From the NCBI RefSeq assembly GCF_963921235.1, contig NC_086097.1, forward strand, positions 216,382,001-216,446,000: DNA of 64,000 nucleotides, in the 5' to 3' direction. A program made the position numbers and the translations under genes. Numbering within the stretch: the stretch's first letter is position 1; each line of letters opens with the position of its first letter. The stretch is from Mobula hypostoma. Its lineage: Eukaryota. The notes under the pieces are model-generated. The model searched no databases, had not been told where the DNA came from, and worked only from the letters and a program-made list of their open reading frames with translations. This document shows positions 22,216 through 36,530 of this stretch, one piece after another.

Positions 22216-24024
22216 CACGTTCGATTTTAATTGAGAGTTATTAATTATTTTTAATTTCTTTAATTGTTTGAATAGAATGATGATAGCTTTTCATGTATTG
22301 TAATAACTCTGAATTCCGGAAACATTTACTGACTAGGAGTCATGAATTAGGTGCTCTTAATTTTTTTCTCAGCTGTTTTCGGTCTGAACCTGTTTTGATC
22401 CTTTAATCCCTCCTAATATCCGTAATGACTGATTGTTACAGAAAGCCGTCACAATACATAGGGCATTGCATCACTTCTCTCAGTAAATCACAATAGGCTG
22501 CAAATTCTGGGCCATCAGTCCTGTTTTGCTCTTGCAGATGTTGCCTGAGTTGCTGAGTATTCTGAACATCTTCTCTGCTTGTTTCAGATTTTCAGCATAT
22601 GCAGAATTTAACTTTTACTGGGTCTGGTTACTTGGCAGATATCTGTTCAAATCAAATTGAGTGCTATAAGCATACAAAGGTAAATAATTGGATTACATAG
22701 TTTTGTCTACTTCAGTACAATGCAATTGAAGATACATTTTGGATGGCATGATATGAGGAAATTATATCGTTGATTGCCCATCAGCGCTCCAGACATTTAA
22801 TGGGGCTAAATCCGAATCAGGTTTATTATCACTGACTGTTTCCTGTAAACCATTAATTCTGTGACTCCATTTATAATTGTCCCCCAAACTTTTACTAACA
22901 CTAATAAACTTCTGATCAATTCTGTGGTTGGGTTAGTATTGAACTTCATAAACAAAATTTTCCCCAAATAAAATGATACTTATAAAGAACCATTCTGAAC
23001 AATTCTAGCAATGTTAAATTAATACAGCATATTGTGCTTTGGTGTGCATATTATATACTTACAAAGTGATGAAATGTCATAAATGTGCTGCAAGATTTTA
23101 CTAATTGACTTAAAATTCCATCTGTTAAAAATTTGTAATTAAATTAGATATCAAAGGTTAATGACCTGCATACTTCAATATGTAAATCAAAGGTTTCCAT
23201 ATAGTTGTACCTTTAAAATTCTTCTTTAAACACACCATTGCAATGTCACACAGAATTTAGAACAGTTTTTGTCCACAGATTGTTTTCTTCTTAGCAATTG
23301 ATTGGATTAAAATTGCCTCTGTGAAGCACTGTTGAGAAACTGAAAAGTAACTATCACATTTTATGAATATTTAATATTACAGTCATGGGAAATAAGGCAA
23401 CTAATTAGTGCTTACCATAAATTTGCAAAACATTACTCTATGTAAATTTAGTTCAGTTTTGTGTGAATTATTCAGTAAGTTATTATGGATCGCTAATGTA
23501 AATTGCTTTTCAAAGATTTCCACTGTTATTATTGGAAAACAGTGGTTTCTGTGTCATTAACCAATTCTATGCTGATTTTGATGACAGTCCAATCTGCCTA
23601 ATTAATTATGTGTAATATATATGCAGAAAAAATTCTAGTAAAAATGTGAACGGGGATAAATTAAATTTGAATGTACACTTCAAATTAGACTTCATTCAGA
23701 ACAGTTAGGATTTTATACACCTACACGTTTAAATTAATACATAAGGTTTAATTTTTCTAAATAGCTAAATCTATTAAACTATTAAGGGAGTGAAATTTAA
23801 TAGCTCCCAAAACAAAAGACACAAGGATCAAATTGCACAACTAGCTAACTACCATTCAGATTGACATCACTTTCTTGCGACTTGTCCATTTACATGTCAG
23901 TGCCCATAGTATTATTGGGAATGGTTCGATTCAGATCGTGCAACCTGCCTATGGGTCCGTGTGTCTTGGGTTGGTGAGGCCTGGCGGCGCCTATCCCTCT
24001 CCACAGCCGATATATCCTCCAACT

Positions 24025-24514
24025 TGTAAGGAGTTAACCTTTGTGCATGTCAAATGTTTTCACCACCCTGGCCTTGGATGTATGTGACTAGCTGCAGAAG
24101 CTTCGACACGACCGTGAGAATGCAATATGACCAAAAGAGTAGGACCGTGAGACCATTAAAGTCATGGAATTACAGGGGCAGGACTTGCAAAGAGTGGTGG
24201 CAGGTGATAATTGCTTCTGTGGTTTGAGCTGGTGCCAGTGTATTGGTCCACTTACTGCAGCAGGTTATATCAGTGGAGAGGGTATAAAAGTAGAGCAGTC
24301 AGCGGGCTCGGGAATTTTACCGTGACCTCTCCCTCATCTGGATTGTGAACGCAGAATATATGGGGTGCTGCTGTGAGGGTGGCCCGCACATATCTAGGTA
24401 ACTATTTTAATGCTCCCTCTGTTCTTTCCTAATAAACCAAGTTTTGAAACAGGTAATGGTCTGTTGCCTTGTGTCTTTCTGCCTTACCGGCCAAATCTGC
24501 AGAGTAACGTAACA
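24025..24514 (+). mobile_element. Candidate solo LTR (left edge uncertain)
   Basis: TGT...ACA ends, TATAAAA at 24283-24289, AATAAA at 24431-24436 followed by a GT-rich tract. No clean TSD. Confidence 0.45.
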
Positions 24515-25174
24515 GAACTATGCACACGCCTGGTGTACTAACTTCTAATACTTTGTTGTATCAGCCACTGCTGTTAGATTGATGTTGTCACCCATAAAAA
24601 TGGATGTTTGGATTAGCAAAGCTCCTGCTTTCATTCCTTGACAAAAAGCTAAAATGACAAGAATCCATAGTTATGACAATTGTTGAAGAACTTGGGCATT
24701 CCAGCTAAGGAAATGGCTAAAGAGTCAAAACGTGTAGGAAAGAGAAGATGTCCCACATGGTGCAATGGTTGGCATGGTGATAATGATGGCAAACTAGTAA
24801 TGTGGGTGAACTGGAGATGTGAGAGAAGCTGCGGATATTTACTCAGTCCACAGGGAGAGATGCTCCTGCATCACTGAGACACAACTGGATGACACAGAGC
24901 AGAATGGTGAGGCCATGCAAGGAATGAGAAAGACAATATTACTATCAGCAATCAGAATTAAAAGAAGTAATTGTGAGTTTATTAGCACCACAAACTACAG
25001 ACAGGACCTCTCATGAAGCAAGACCTTCCCTAAGTCATCATAGACAATTTGATAGAACTTTTTAAAACTAATGTCTTCCAAGATTTCTATGAGTTAGAAA
25101 TTCAATGTCTGAAAGTAAGGATCAGGTTTTTGGTGAATATCTTTCAGATTCGAGATTCAGATTCAGATTCAGAC

Positions 25175-26022
25175 TAATGCTGAAAAATGTGAGATGCTAC
25201 ATTTTGGTAGGACTAATCATTAATGCTGAAAAATGTGAGGTGCTACATTTTGCTAGAACTAATCAAAATAGGACATACATGGTAAATGGTAGGGCATTGA
25301 AGAATGTAGTAGAACAGAGGGATCTAGGAATAATGGTGCATAGTTCCCTGAAGGTGGAATCTCATGTGGATAGGGTGGTGAAGAAAGCTTTTGGTATACT
25401 GGCTTTTATTAATCAGAGCATTGAGTATAGGAGTTGGGATGTAATGTTGAAATTGTATAAGGCATTGGTAAGGCCAAATTTGGAGTATTGTGTACAGTTC
25501 TGGTCACCAAATTATAGGAAAAATGTCAATAAAATTAACAGAGTACAGAGGAGATTTACTAAAATGTTACCTGGGTTTCATCTCCTAAGTTACAGAGAAA
25601 GGTTGAACAAGTTAGGTCTTTATTCTTTGGAGCATAGAAGGTTGAGGGGGGACTTGATAAAGGTGTTTAAAATTATGAGGGGGATTGATAGAGTTAACGT
25701 GGATAGGCTTTTTCCATGAGAATGGGGGAGATTCAAACAAGAGGACATGGGTTGAGAGTTAAAGGGCAAAAGTTTAGGAGTAACATGAGGGGGAACTTGT
25801 TACTCAGAGAGTGGTAGCTGTGTAGAACGAGCTTCCAGCAGAAGTGGTTGAGGCAGGTTTGATGTTGTCGTTTAAAGTTAAACTGGACAGCTATATGGAC
25901 AGGAAGGGAATGGAGGGTTATGGGCTGAGTGCAGGTCAGTGGGACTAGGTGAGAGTAAGAGTTCGGCACGGACTAGAAGGGCCGAGATGGCCTGTTTCCG
26001 TGCTGTAATTGTTATATGGTTA
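25175..26022 (+). mobile_element. CR1 LINE, 5'-truncated
   Basis: ORF 25105-25719 has [34 protein letters not shown] and RLRGDLI; ttatatggtt tail; 46-bp tandem duplication at the 5' junction. Confidence 0.9.
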
Positions 26023-26349
26023 GAGACTCTAGCTAAAAGATGTAAATGCCTTGGCATAACTTGGTGTACGGGTTGTTGAACAAGAGAATTTGAGCATGGC
26101 TCTTTGACATGCTGGATACGATAGTCAAGGGAATGTGCAGACTAGACACGAGTATCAACAGGGCATTGATAAATATAAAATAATTCACTCAGGATACAGA
26201 TCCCTCTGCTGTAGACAGGGAACAAAATCTTCTTCAAAGCCAACTTGTATAGATCCCTCAAGGAACTTTGTTGGGAAAGCATTGGATTACATGAGTGTGC
26301 AAGGCAGGAAAGTCTATCTATGTGGGTGCACAAAGTGGAAGATCTTTGT

Positions 26350-27185
26350 TCAAAGTTCAAAGTAAAAGTTATCATCAGAGTACATACATGTCACCAAAGA
26401 CAAACAGGAGATCCTTTTTCTGCAGGCGAACTTCACAAATCTATAGAACAGTAACTGTAAACATCAGGAACTGTTAACTGTAAACAAATTGTGCAAATGC
26501 AGATATAAATAAATAGCAATAAATAATGACCATGAAATAACAAGATAAAAGAGTCCTTAAATGAGTTCAGTTATCCCCTTTTGTTCTAGAGCCTGATGGT
26601 TGAGGGGTAGTAACTGTTCTTGATCCTGGTAGTGTGAGTCCTGAGGCCTTCTACAGGACCTTCTACATGATGGCAGCAGTGAGGAAAGAGCATGGCCTGG
26701 GTGATGAGGATCTTTGATGAGTGGTGTTGCTTTTCCATGTAAACATTTCATGTAGATGTGTAGTTGGGAGGGTTTTCCCGTGATGTACTGGGCGAAATCC
26801 ACTACCTATGGTAGGATTTTCAGCTCAAAGGTGTTAGTGTTCCCATACTGGGCTGTAACGCAGCCAGTCAGCAAACCTCCCCCTACACGTCCATAGAAGA
26901 TTGCCAAGGTTTTCAATGACATGCCAAAACTCCACAGACTCCTGATGAAGTAAAGGCACTGCCATGCTTTCTTTGTAATAATATTTATATGATGGGTCCA
27001 GGTCATGTTCTCTGAGATAGTGACACCCAGGAATGTAAAGTTACTGACCCTCTCCACCTCTGATCCTCTGATGATTACTGGCTGATGGACCTCTGGTTTC
27101 CCTCTCCTGAAGTCTACAATCAGTACCTTAGTCTTGTTGACACTCAGTGGGGTTATTGTTATTACACCACTCAACCAAGTCTTCA
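26350..27185 (-). mobile_element. Rex/Babar LINE 3' portion
   Basis: ORF 26806-27186 SVNKTK.LIVDFRR..VERVSNF.FLGVTISE; ORF 26557-26802 IKDPHHPGHAL.SLLPS. Confidence 0.85.
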
Positions 27186-30100
27186 ATCTGCAGGGATGTT
27201 ATAGAAACAACCTGATTTCTGAATGTCCTTTCAAAAGCACCAATGTCTTAATTGCCACCAGATAGGGCAAATTGCATATGTGTGCTGGTCTCAAGGAAAT
27301 CCTTGTATAAGGATACAAAGGTGTGAAACATATTGCACAATTGCATTCCATTTGTGCACTGAAATCAGAGATCAAGAAGACTGTGTCCAGTATGTTTTGT
27401 CTGATTTACTGTACTCCAGCAGAATGAGTTACCAACAATTCATTAGTTGTCCTCTTATCCATTGAAAACATTATCTTCAGCTTGTGTATTGTCACTGCTA
27501 CAAGCTTGTCAGCTGTGGGACAAGATTTGTATTGAGAATGTCATGGCTTGGCAGGAGTCACTTGAGTTGAAGGATTGCGTGTTCCAACAAAATGCATCAC
27601 CAGGCAGTGGTGAGAGTCTGAAGTCAATCAAGCTGTGGGTTAATCTGTGCCGGCATCTGAAAAGCACCAGTTAAGCCAGGTAAGCTCCAGAGGAGTCAGC
27701 TGCAGTCCACCAAATACAACAGCTACCCCTTTAATAAAGTGACCTGGAAGAATGAGTAGTTGGTAGACACTGTTCCATTATATGGAAAAGAGAGAAAGAG
27801 AGCATGATGGAGACAAGCAATTTTTTGTACTAAAATGCAGGCAGAAGTGCCCTTGCACCAGGACAGATAGTGTACAGTTTTCACTTATGCATATTCTCTA
27901 AGTTCAGCCTGAACACATGTGACTGGGGCAAAACTAGTCAAGGCTCATAGCATAGCACAACTCAGAACTCTGAAACGTTTAACAAATCACAGCAATTTCT
28001 ACAAATAAAATAAAGTATAAACACTATAAATAAATTGATGCAGAGTATATGAAATGATCCAAGGTTACATGATGTAAAGTACTTCAAACTGCTATAGCTT
28101 AATATGACATCAATATACTGTACCTTCCACAGTCAACCTTATCTATAACATATGATATATATTCACTTATGTTTCTCTCAAACTTTGTTTAGGCAGTCAA
28201 CACTATTCAAAATCTCCTTGAAGACAATTCTTCAACTTTAATTATTACACGGACTTGGAAAAGATCATCGACTTCAGCAGCGATTCCTTTACAAGTCGCC
28301 GAAGCCTTTCCAATTTGATTGACGTACCTCTCCCTTTGACTGCTTGCCATCTATAAGACCATGAATTGTCTAGTATGGAACAGTTGACATTCAAACTTCA
28401 GTATAACAGAAACTTTTTAATGGGAAATAGTTTATCAGCATTCTCAAAAATTAGTAAATAGGTTTTATTCTAAAACTTACTACTATGTAAAAACTACTGG
28501 TGACAATTACATTGCAGAGGCCCAGAAAGAGCAGTTTGTGCTTGTTGAAACAAGTTCTCTAAGATATCGTTGCAGTATACAGCCTGTTGAAAAATTTCCT
28601 CTGGGCTCTTCACAGCATGCTAGGATAGAACTTTTGATCCAATTTGGGAACATTTCTTTCTGAAGATATCTGACCACAGGATAGCCAGAGGACAGCCTAC
28701 CTGAAGAGCAATATGTGACGTGAGCTATAAGGTGAGAGAACTAAAGAAATGGAAGGCTTCCTAGACAGAATGAAACTCATAAGCTTGGTTAATATGTGAA
28801 AGAGTTATATACACAAGACAGTACAGTAAGTTCTGACAGTGTGGAGTGGTAAGCTCATAGAAGTGATCCTCTCAGATGAAAATTGATTGTGTGAATTGGG
28901 AAAATCGATGATGATTGTGCATTCTCCAGATAGAAAACAAGTTTATTACAATCTGTGAATCTGCAGCATTGATGCTCTTGAGTTTTTCTAGCAAGGCAGC
29001 CAGTACAGCATGCTTGAGAGGCATATTTTAAGTTAATCTCTCCATTCTCAACTGATAGGCAATGAAAGAAGTATAGGAATGCAAACTTGCAGTAAAGAGT
29101 GCATCTGCTCTAGCCATTGGTGAAAGCCCAGGTTAGGGAGAGGCTGGGGTTCTGCATTCACGATAGTAAAGCCATGGTGTATATAGAACATAGATGACAA
29201 TTTCAGGGAAAAAAATCCAAGATATGAGAATCCAAAAATACTTCCACTTGAAGTGTTTGAAAAATGACGGGGAAAAGATGCTTTTCCCCCTCCGTAATGT
29301 GAATTTAGTGGCCAAGGGTACAAATCAGTTGAATTTCTGAAAAAATAGACCAAATCATAATGATTGATAAGAGGATCAGTCATTTAGAATTGGCAGCAAA
29401 GAGTAAATAAAGATCATTTTCCTTTGATAGGCAGTCCCTTCAGAAACGTAGGGAGAAAACTGAACAAAAAAAAAACATGAAACTCGATTTTGTAAGACTG
29501 AATGAAAAAAAAACTTAAGCCTTTGCTCAACATGATCTAATCGCTTTTTCTCTTGGATTATAAAGGATTACAATTTCTGACATTCCTGACCCACTAAACT
29601 GGAGAGAAAGCCAGATTGTACAGAAAATGACTGCACGTACAAGACAAAAGCATTTTATTTTATTTTTCTCTCCCAGGCAAAGCAATGGCATTTGTATGGT
29701 ATTTTAATTATATAAAGAAGAATTTATTTCTACATCTGCACAGTATACAAATTCTTTTGTCAGAATTGCAGACTATGCCTGGAGCATAGTTCTTGAAAAC
29801 TTTTGTTAATGGCATGTAATTCTTTTCTTAGATTACTTCTCTGAGCCTTACTTCTTGAGGAATCCAGAATAAAAATGGTTACCAATAGGAAATATACACC
29901 CTATAAGTTCAAGGGGTTTGAGATGGTAGTACCTTGGTTTCCAGCCAGAGGTACAGAAATTTCAGACCAAGACTAGCTATGCTAGCAATTGCACATCATT
30001 TAAACCACAGATTAGATAGCTGAGAGTGAGTCCAATCATAACTAAATCAAGCAGGTGGGTCAAGCCTGCAAGATGATTCCTTTTAAGACGTGATTGACAT

Positions 30101-31839
30101 GTTTTTTTTTTCCATAGCTCATTAGTCAATGCAGTTTGTAAAACGCAAAGCAGATCAGAAAGTCCTGGGCTTATGTCAATGGTCTACATTCCTTTAATGT
30201 TGCTCTCCTGAGAAATGATATGGAAGAGTCACCCACATATTATAAAAATTAATCTTTTTATCCAAAGTGTTCTTACCTCTAACAGCATTCACAACAACCT
30301 GCTGATGCAAAAATTTGCAAAGAAAAAAATACTTCTTTAAACAAGCTAATGTTTTATTATAGAAAAATGTAAACATGTTGCTGTCACAACTGGTCGCTGA
30401 ATCAAATGAAATACAGGTCAGAAAATGTTTATAAAATCAAATTTCACGCACCATTTTTTCCCTAGCTAACACATTTCTTGATCCTGAAAATCCAGTTGAA
30501 ATCTGTTGGTTTTCCTTCATGATTCCTTTCAAAAGACCAGAGCAGCACACTGAAAAATTTAAGGAACAAGTTACAACTGCATCAGCCATTTCTAAGAATT
30601 TTAGTGCTGCTCAATTCTTCATATGACAAACGGAGGATAAAACAAGGGTGTCTATTCCCAAGTCACAAATAAAAGTGGTTGTTGAGTGACTATCAAGTAT
30701 ACAAGAAAGGAGCTGTGTGTCAATTATTGGACAGAATGCAAGATAATGATCTAACCTATTCTTCATAATGTAATTCCCTGCAAGTCCTCCCCATGTTTTG
30801 GCAGTTAGCTGTTTGTAACCTGCTAGTTCGCAGGTGAAAATGGGTCTGCATGTTGCATTTTCACAAGGCAAAAGATGCATGCATCCCACCAGACCTGCAA
30901 ATGTTCATTCGTATGTATGGGCTCTATAAAAGGCAGGTGTACATTAGATGCAGAGGATCTGTAAATCTATGTTACTTGCTATCTCATTGGATTTCAGTGA
31001 TAATTCTGTCCTTTTAGTGCTACAGTTCAAGGTGTTGCATGTTTCATTACGAACCACTAATATTTTTCAATAGGTTGTATTTTCACTGCAATTTAACACT
31101 GAAGCAACCTTATGTTATCTGTGATGTAAAATCTTCCATCAATTTGGTTTGTAATGTATTGAACTAAGCCCCTGTAGAAACAGTCTCATGATATATGACC
31201 AACATAGCACAGCATCATTTAGCAATAATGTGTGATCGTAACTACGTGACAAGGATGGAAAAATCAATTTTTATTTTCTCCTGAGACCATAAAGTGTCTT
31301 AGAAAAGCTATTTAGGGTTTGTTACAATCTGTTTCAAGCTCTTTCATGTCTTACCAGTTATACTATTATGTTCTCTAACAAACAATGTCTGCCAACCAAT
31401 ATTTTAGCAAATAGAATATAGAGGGGATCGTTCATCCCATTCACTTGTGTTGGCTCTTATTACAAAACCTGTTTATTTGGTTTCATTTCCCTTTCCGATA
31501 CTGGTAACATGATGCATGAGAAAGCTCCTGTTTTCCCAGATGGAACTCCCCTTTTCTCTCTATAACTGAAAATTTTTGATCCTAGTGCAGTTCTAGTAAA
31601 CCTCTTCTTCATTATTTCCCAAATCCTTTTCAAAATGAGCTTACTACTCAAACAAACAGAATGATAAACAAGGCCAGCCAGATAGTTTATGTCCACTTCA
31701 AATTTATGCACTAGTGTGGCATATGACAAAATATAGTAGTGAACAGTACTCTGGAATAAGATCTTCTGCTTTCATCTCTGTCCTACACTTTACAAGATCC
31801 TTATTAGAGAGGAAGTTTCAGCTTGTGCAAGAATCTCAA

Positions 31840-32105
31840 AACTTAAGGTCACTGTTTTCAAATAAAGAGTCTTCCAACGATGAGGTAAAGTATTTTTTTT
31901 CTACTGAGAGGGGTGTGAACCCTTAGAACTTCATTTCTTGAAGTCTGATGGAAGCAGGAAAAAGGTAAAAGTTTTTTGATAAGCAGAGGGAAAATTATCA
32001 CGGATAGTCAGGGATGCAGGAATTAAGTGTTCTTATTAAACAGTGGAGCAGGCACAAGGAGACAAGTGGCCTATTCCTGTTCCTAATCCATATATTCATA
32101 TAAAT
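31840..32105 (+). mobile_element. Very old CR1 3' remnant
   Basis: FFSTERGVN motif and ggagcaggc..ggcctattcctgttccta 3' UTR motif. Confidence 0.5.
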
Positions 32106-33024
32106 GTATCAATAATGCATAGTTGCTAAATAATTTAATCATTAATAGTAAAATAAACAAGGATCAAAAATGTTTTTATTCCGTGTACTCTGGGCTCATG
32201 AAATCATGTTTAAGAATAAAGCTTTTCTCTAAGACTTAACTAGCTCCACTTTGTCTCCGTATTAGTTTTTCAATCGCCTCAACTCTATATTTCTTTACAA
32301 CAATTTTCGATTTAATTCAAATTGTAGTTTTCTGGATTATTTGATTTAATTTTTAAAAAATCAAGTTAATCATTGAGATTATTTCTTTTGTGGAAGATTT
32401 TTGAGGGCTTTGAGAACCATCTTGTTTTTCGAAATGACGAAACATTATTCTTTAGATAAAATAGGATTACGAGAGTAACGAAGTTATACACAGAGTAAGA
32501 AAGTAAGAATGCAAAAATTTGATTTCTGGATTCTCCTTTAGGACATAACTGGTTTGATAAATTAACCCACTTCCTCCTCCATTTCCCCCATTCTCAGATT
32601 TGCTTTGTGCCCCATGTTCTATTAACATCTGTTTTAACTGAGAATCTGTGGATATACAATCCAAATCCCTCCCAGCTCATTCTCAAGTGATGGACTTTGT
32701 TAAGCTGTGACTATGCCAAAAGCTCTGGATCCTGCATCTTGAGGAATGGAGATGCATGTTCCTTTTAGGAATTTTAAACATTTCCATTACATCATCTCTT
32801 GATTTTCTAAACTCCAGAAGATACAGGCCCATTCAACACAAGCTATGCCATAGGTTAACTTCCCCAAATGGAACCCAACTATTCTGGACAGAATATGCCA
32901 GAAACCTAGTGGCCTTTTCCTCCTCCAAATTTTCTTACAATGGAATTGGCTGGGAAAATATGTGATTGAGGAGTAATCTGATAGCAATTGAGCCTGGCTA
33001 ACTAAAGTTGGATAAGTCGTAGCA

Positions 33025-33210
33025 CAAAGATGAGAAATTCTTCAGGTGCTGTAAATCCAAGCCACACACACAGAATGCTGGATGAACTCCGCAGGCCAGG
33101 CAGCATCTATGGAAAAAAGTAAACAGTTGAGGCTCTGGGCTGAAACCCTTCATCAGGACTGATACTGCTGGCTTGTTGAATTCCTGCAGCATTCTGTGTG
33201 TGTTGTTTGG
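33025..33210. mobile_element. PLE-terminus fold-back element with degenerate hammerhead (minus, 33123-33162)
   Basis: acacacagaatgctggatgaactc / gaattcctgcagcattctgtgtgtg inverted pair; minus strand ucagucCUGAUGAaggguuucagccc. Confidence 0.7.
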
Positions 33211-33711
33211 ATAACTTGCTTTTGTTCTCCCCTTCCTAAAGCATCGAAACAGGACCATGTTCATACAAACATTTAGGCACCCAATGCCCTTAAATAAACA
33301 AGGACAAATCGGAATTTTTTTTTGCTCAGTTCTGATATACCTTGCTTTAAAAAAAACACATATTTTTTGATTTACAAACAGGAAAGAGAATAGGCAGGAG
33401 AACACACAATTCCTATGAATTTAAACAAGCGAGCAAGGGAACAAGAAAAATGCTAGCGAGAAAGAATCTCCAAATTTGCATATTCACAAATCTCTGTATC
33501 CGCAAGTCAACTGGTCATGTCTTCTATTGAGCTTTGGCAGGTGGAAATACTAAAAAGGGAAATCCTTCAGTTCACAAAGGGTAGTTTGGAGAGCAAGGAT
33601 TCGGCGTGAAGAGTGTGTTGGAAGGCAGCCTTTGTTATCCAAGTAGAATCAAAGGTAAGACCCATTACCTTAGCTTCTCCTGCCCGAGGAAATTGCCTCT
33701 CACCATCAGTG

Positions 33712-33955
33712 ATAGACAATAGACAATAGACAATAGGTGCAGGAGTAGGCCATTCGGCCCTTCGAGCCAGCACCGCCATTCACTGTGATCATGGCTGATC
33801 GTCCACAATCAGTATCCAGTTCCTGCCTTATCCCCATAACCTTTGATTCTGCTATCTTTAAGAGCTCTATCCATCTCTTTCTTGAAAGCATCCAGAGACT
33901 TGGCCTCCACTGCCTTCTGGGGCAGAGCATTCCACATATCCAACACTCTCTGGGT
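33712..33955 (-). mobile_element. CR1 3' end
   Basis: ORF 33809-33997 QRVLDMWNALPQKAVEAKSLDAFKKEMDRAL; (AGACAAT)n tail. Confidence 0.85.
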
Positions 33956-36530
33956 GATGTCAATCCACCTCAGAATCTTGTTCATCTCTATGTTCACAGA
34001 TCACTAGCATGTACATTACTGTACTTAATGACAGAGTGGCTGAGGGAACGTATACCCTCTTTATCTTAACAACTTCTCTTGCTAGAAGGTCAGCATCCTC
34101 CACAATGCAAAATGGAATTGATTTAGCAAGAACAATCTAGGTTATAATGCCAGGGCTTATTTTGCCTGAATCCTACTTCTTTATTGATATTTGTATGTAT
34201 AGAAAGCATTGATTTTAGAAGCTGACTTTAGCCATCTCAATTAGAATTCTTTCTCCCTACCCTTAATACGCACATAGCCAGTTACTTAATTTAACAGTGT
34301 TAATCGATATGGCATTAACTGCTTTGGATAAGAGTTTAGTCCACAAATCCATCATTCTGTGGTGAAATAAATTTCTTATAATATGGTCTGTCTTATAGCT
34401 TGTTAATTCTATACTTGTAACATTTAATGTACCATATGCAAGTTTGGTAAAATTAACCACTTAGACTTCATTTTTGACACACACAAAATGTTGGCAGAAA
34501 TCAGCAGGCTGGGCAGAATTCTTATTTTCCACAACTGTTTAAAAAGGTTTATTTTCTTCCAGTCAATGAAAACCAGATGAAGAACTGATTACTTAAGGCA
34601 CAGAGTTCCAGAATCAATGCACAATGCCTTCACAAAAGTAAACATCCAAAACTGTACGATATCCAAAATTGTCTTCACGAAAGTTTGTTCAAAATGAATC
34701 CGAGCTGCAGTCAAATAAGGTATGTCAGTGTATTATCAGCCTTTTGACAATAGTGTCCTGTTCATCGCCAGGTTCATTCAAATGCTTTCATAAACACGAG
34801 AGATTCTGCAGATGCCGGAAGTCCAGAGCAACACACACAATAAACATCGAGACCCGAAACATTGACTGTTAATTCCCTTCCATAGATGCTGCCTGACCTG
34901 CTGAGTTCCTCCAGCATTCTGTGTTTGCGTGGTACTTAACTGTTTTTTCACCTTGGCCAGTATACTTCGTCATTTTAACAATTTCTATGTGTGTAATACC
35001 AGAAGAATTTGTGTACCCGAGAACTTGCATTTCACCCATTTTGTAGAGCTAGAAACTAGCTGCATTCGGCACCACAGCTCCCACAGAAGAAAAGATCACG
35101 ACATTGGCTACAATCCAATTTGAGTTATGTAAGGGAGATTTATATGAGGAAAATTTTTTTCTTTCTTTTTCAATATTTTTATTGATTTCTTACATAAAAG
35201 AATACAGAGTACAGGAGGATATATATTATAAATCAATTACAATATTACACTATTAAATTACACTTAGAGGCTCATTACCCCATATTCATGTAAATTAAAT
35301 TGAATCGTAATATTGAAAAATACTAATTTTATTATACAAAAAAAAATCTAAACCCACTACCAACAAAAGCTGTTTGGTAAAGAAAGAAAAAAGTAAAAAA
35401 TCCTTATCATATAGTAAAACATATTATTAGCCAACATCTGTACATCATAACAAATCAAAAATTTTGAAAATAATTCAAAAATGGTCCCCCAATGTTAGAA
35501 AGTCCTGTCTAGATTCAGAAATTGAACAATGAATCTTCTCTAAATTTAAGCATGACATAACATCACTTAACCATTGAGCATGAGTAGGCAGAGCAACGTC
35601 CTTCTACTTAAGCAACAATGCGCTCCTAGCTATAAGAGAAATAAAAGCCAAAATGTGTAAATCAGGTGTCTCCAAGATAGTATCTTTTTCTCCAAAAATA
35701 CCGAATAAGGCAGACAAAGGGTTAGGTTTAAAATTTACTTTGAAAAGTACAGAAAAAGTTTGGAATACTTCCTTTCCAACATTTTTCAAGACTCGCGTAT
35801 GTCCAGAACATATGAATTAATGAAGCTTCTCCGTTGTTACATCTGTCACAATAGGGAGATATATCCGAATAAAAACAAGACAGCTTATCTTAACTCATGT
35901 GGGCCCTATGGACCACTTTAAATTGTGGGAGGGAATGACAGGCACATAACGATGAGGTATTAACCAATTTAAAAATTTCACTCCAAGTTTCCTCAGAAAT
36001 TGAAGTCTGTAAGTCTTGTTCCCAGAGATTTTTAATTTTGTCTAAAGGAGCGTTTCTCATTCCCAACAACATACCATAAATTTTAGATATTGATCTATTA
36101 TGAAAAGGTTTCAAACTAAAAATTACATCTAATAAATTCATATCGGGACTTTTAGGAAATGTATGTAATTGAGATCGCAGAAAGTCTCTAATTTGTAAAT
36201 ATCGAAAAAAGTTGGTTTTTGGTAAGCTGTATTTAGCTGACAACTGCTCAAACAAAAAGAGACTTCCTGCAACAAACAAATCCTGGAAGCATTTAATACC
36301 CAGTCTATCCCAATCTTTGAACACTACATCAGTCATAGAAGGTTTAAAAAAATAGTTTTAAAAAATGGGACTTGAAAGAGAAAATCTTAATAAACCTAAA
36401 TATTTTCTAAATTGTACCCAAATCCTCAAAGTATGTTTAACTACAAAACTATTAGTTGGTATATTTTAAAATAAAATAATTGACGATCTGAGAAGAGAAA
36501 TGATGGAGAATTTATTAACAGAGATAGCTT

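Noticed and set aside
25175..25265. Short tandem duplications (also near 1920, 38928, 46072 and 52843)
   Set aside because: Ordinary slippage or junction duplications, mostly inside decayed LINEs.
32467..32664. LKQMLIEHGA peptide resembling an ankyrin repeat end
   Set aside because: Single short match, with no clear splice donor or partner exons.
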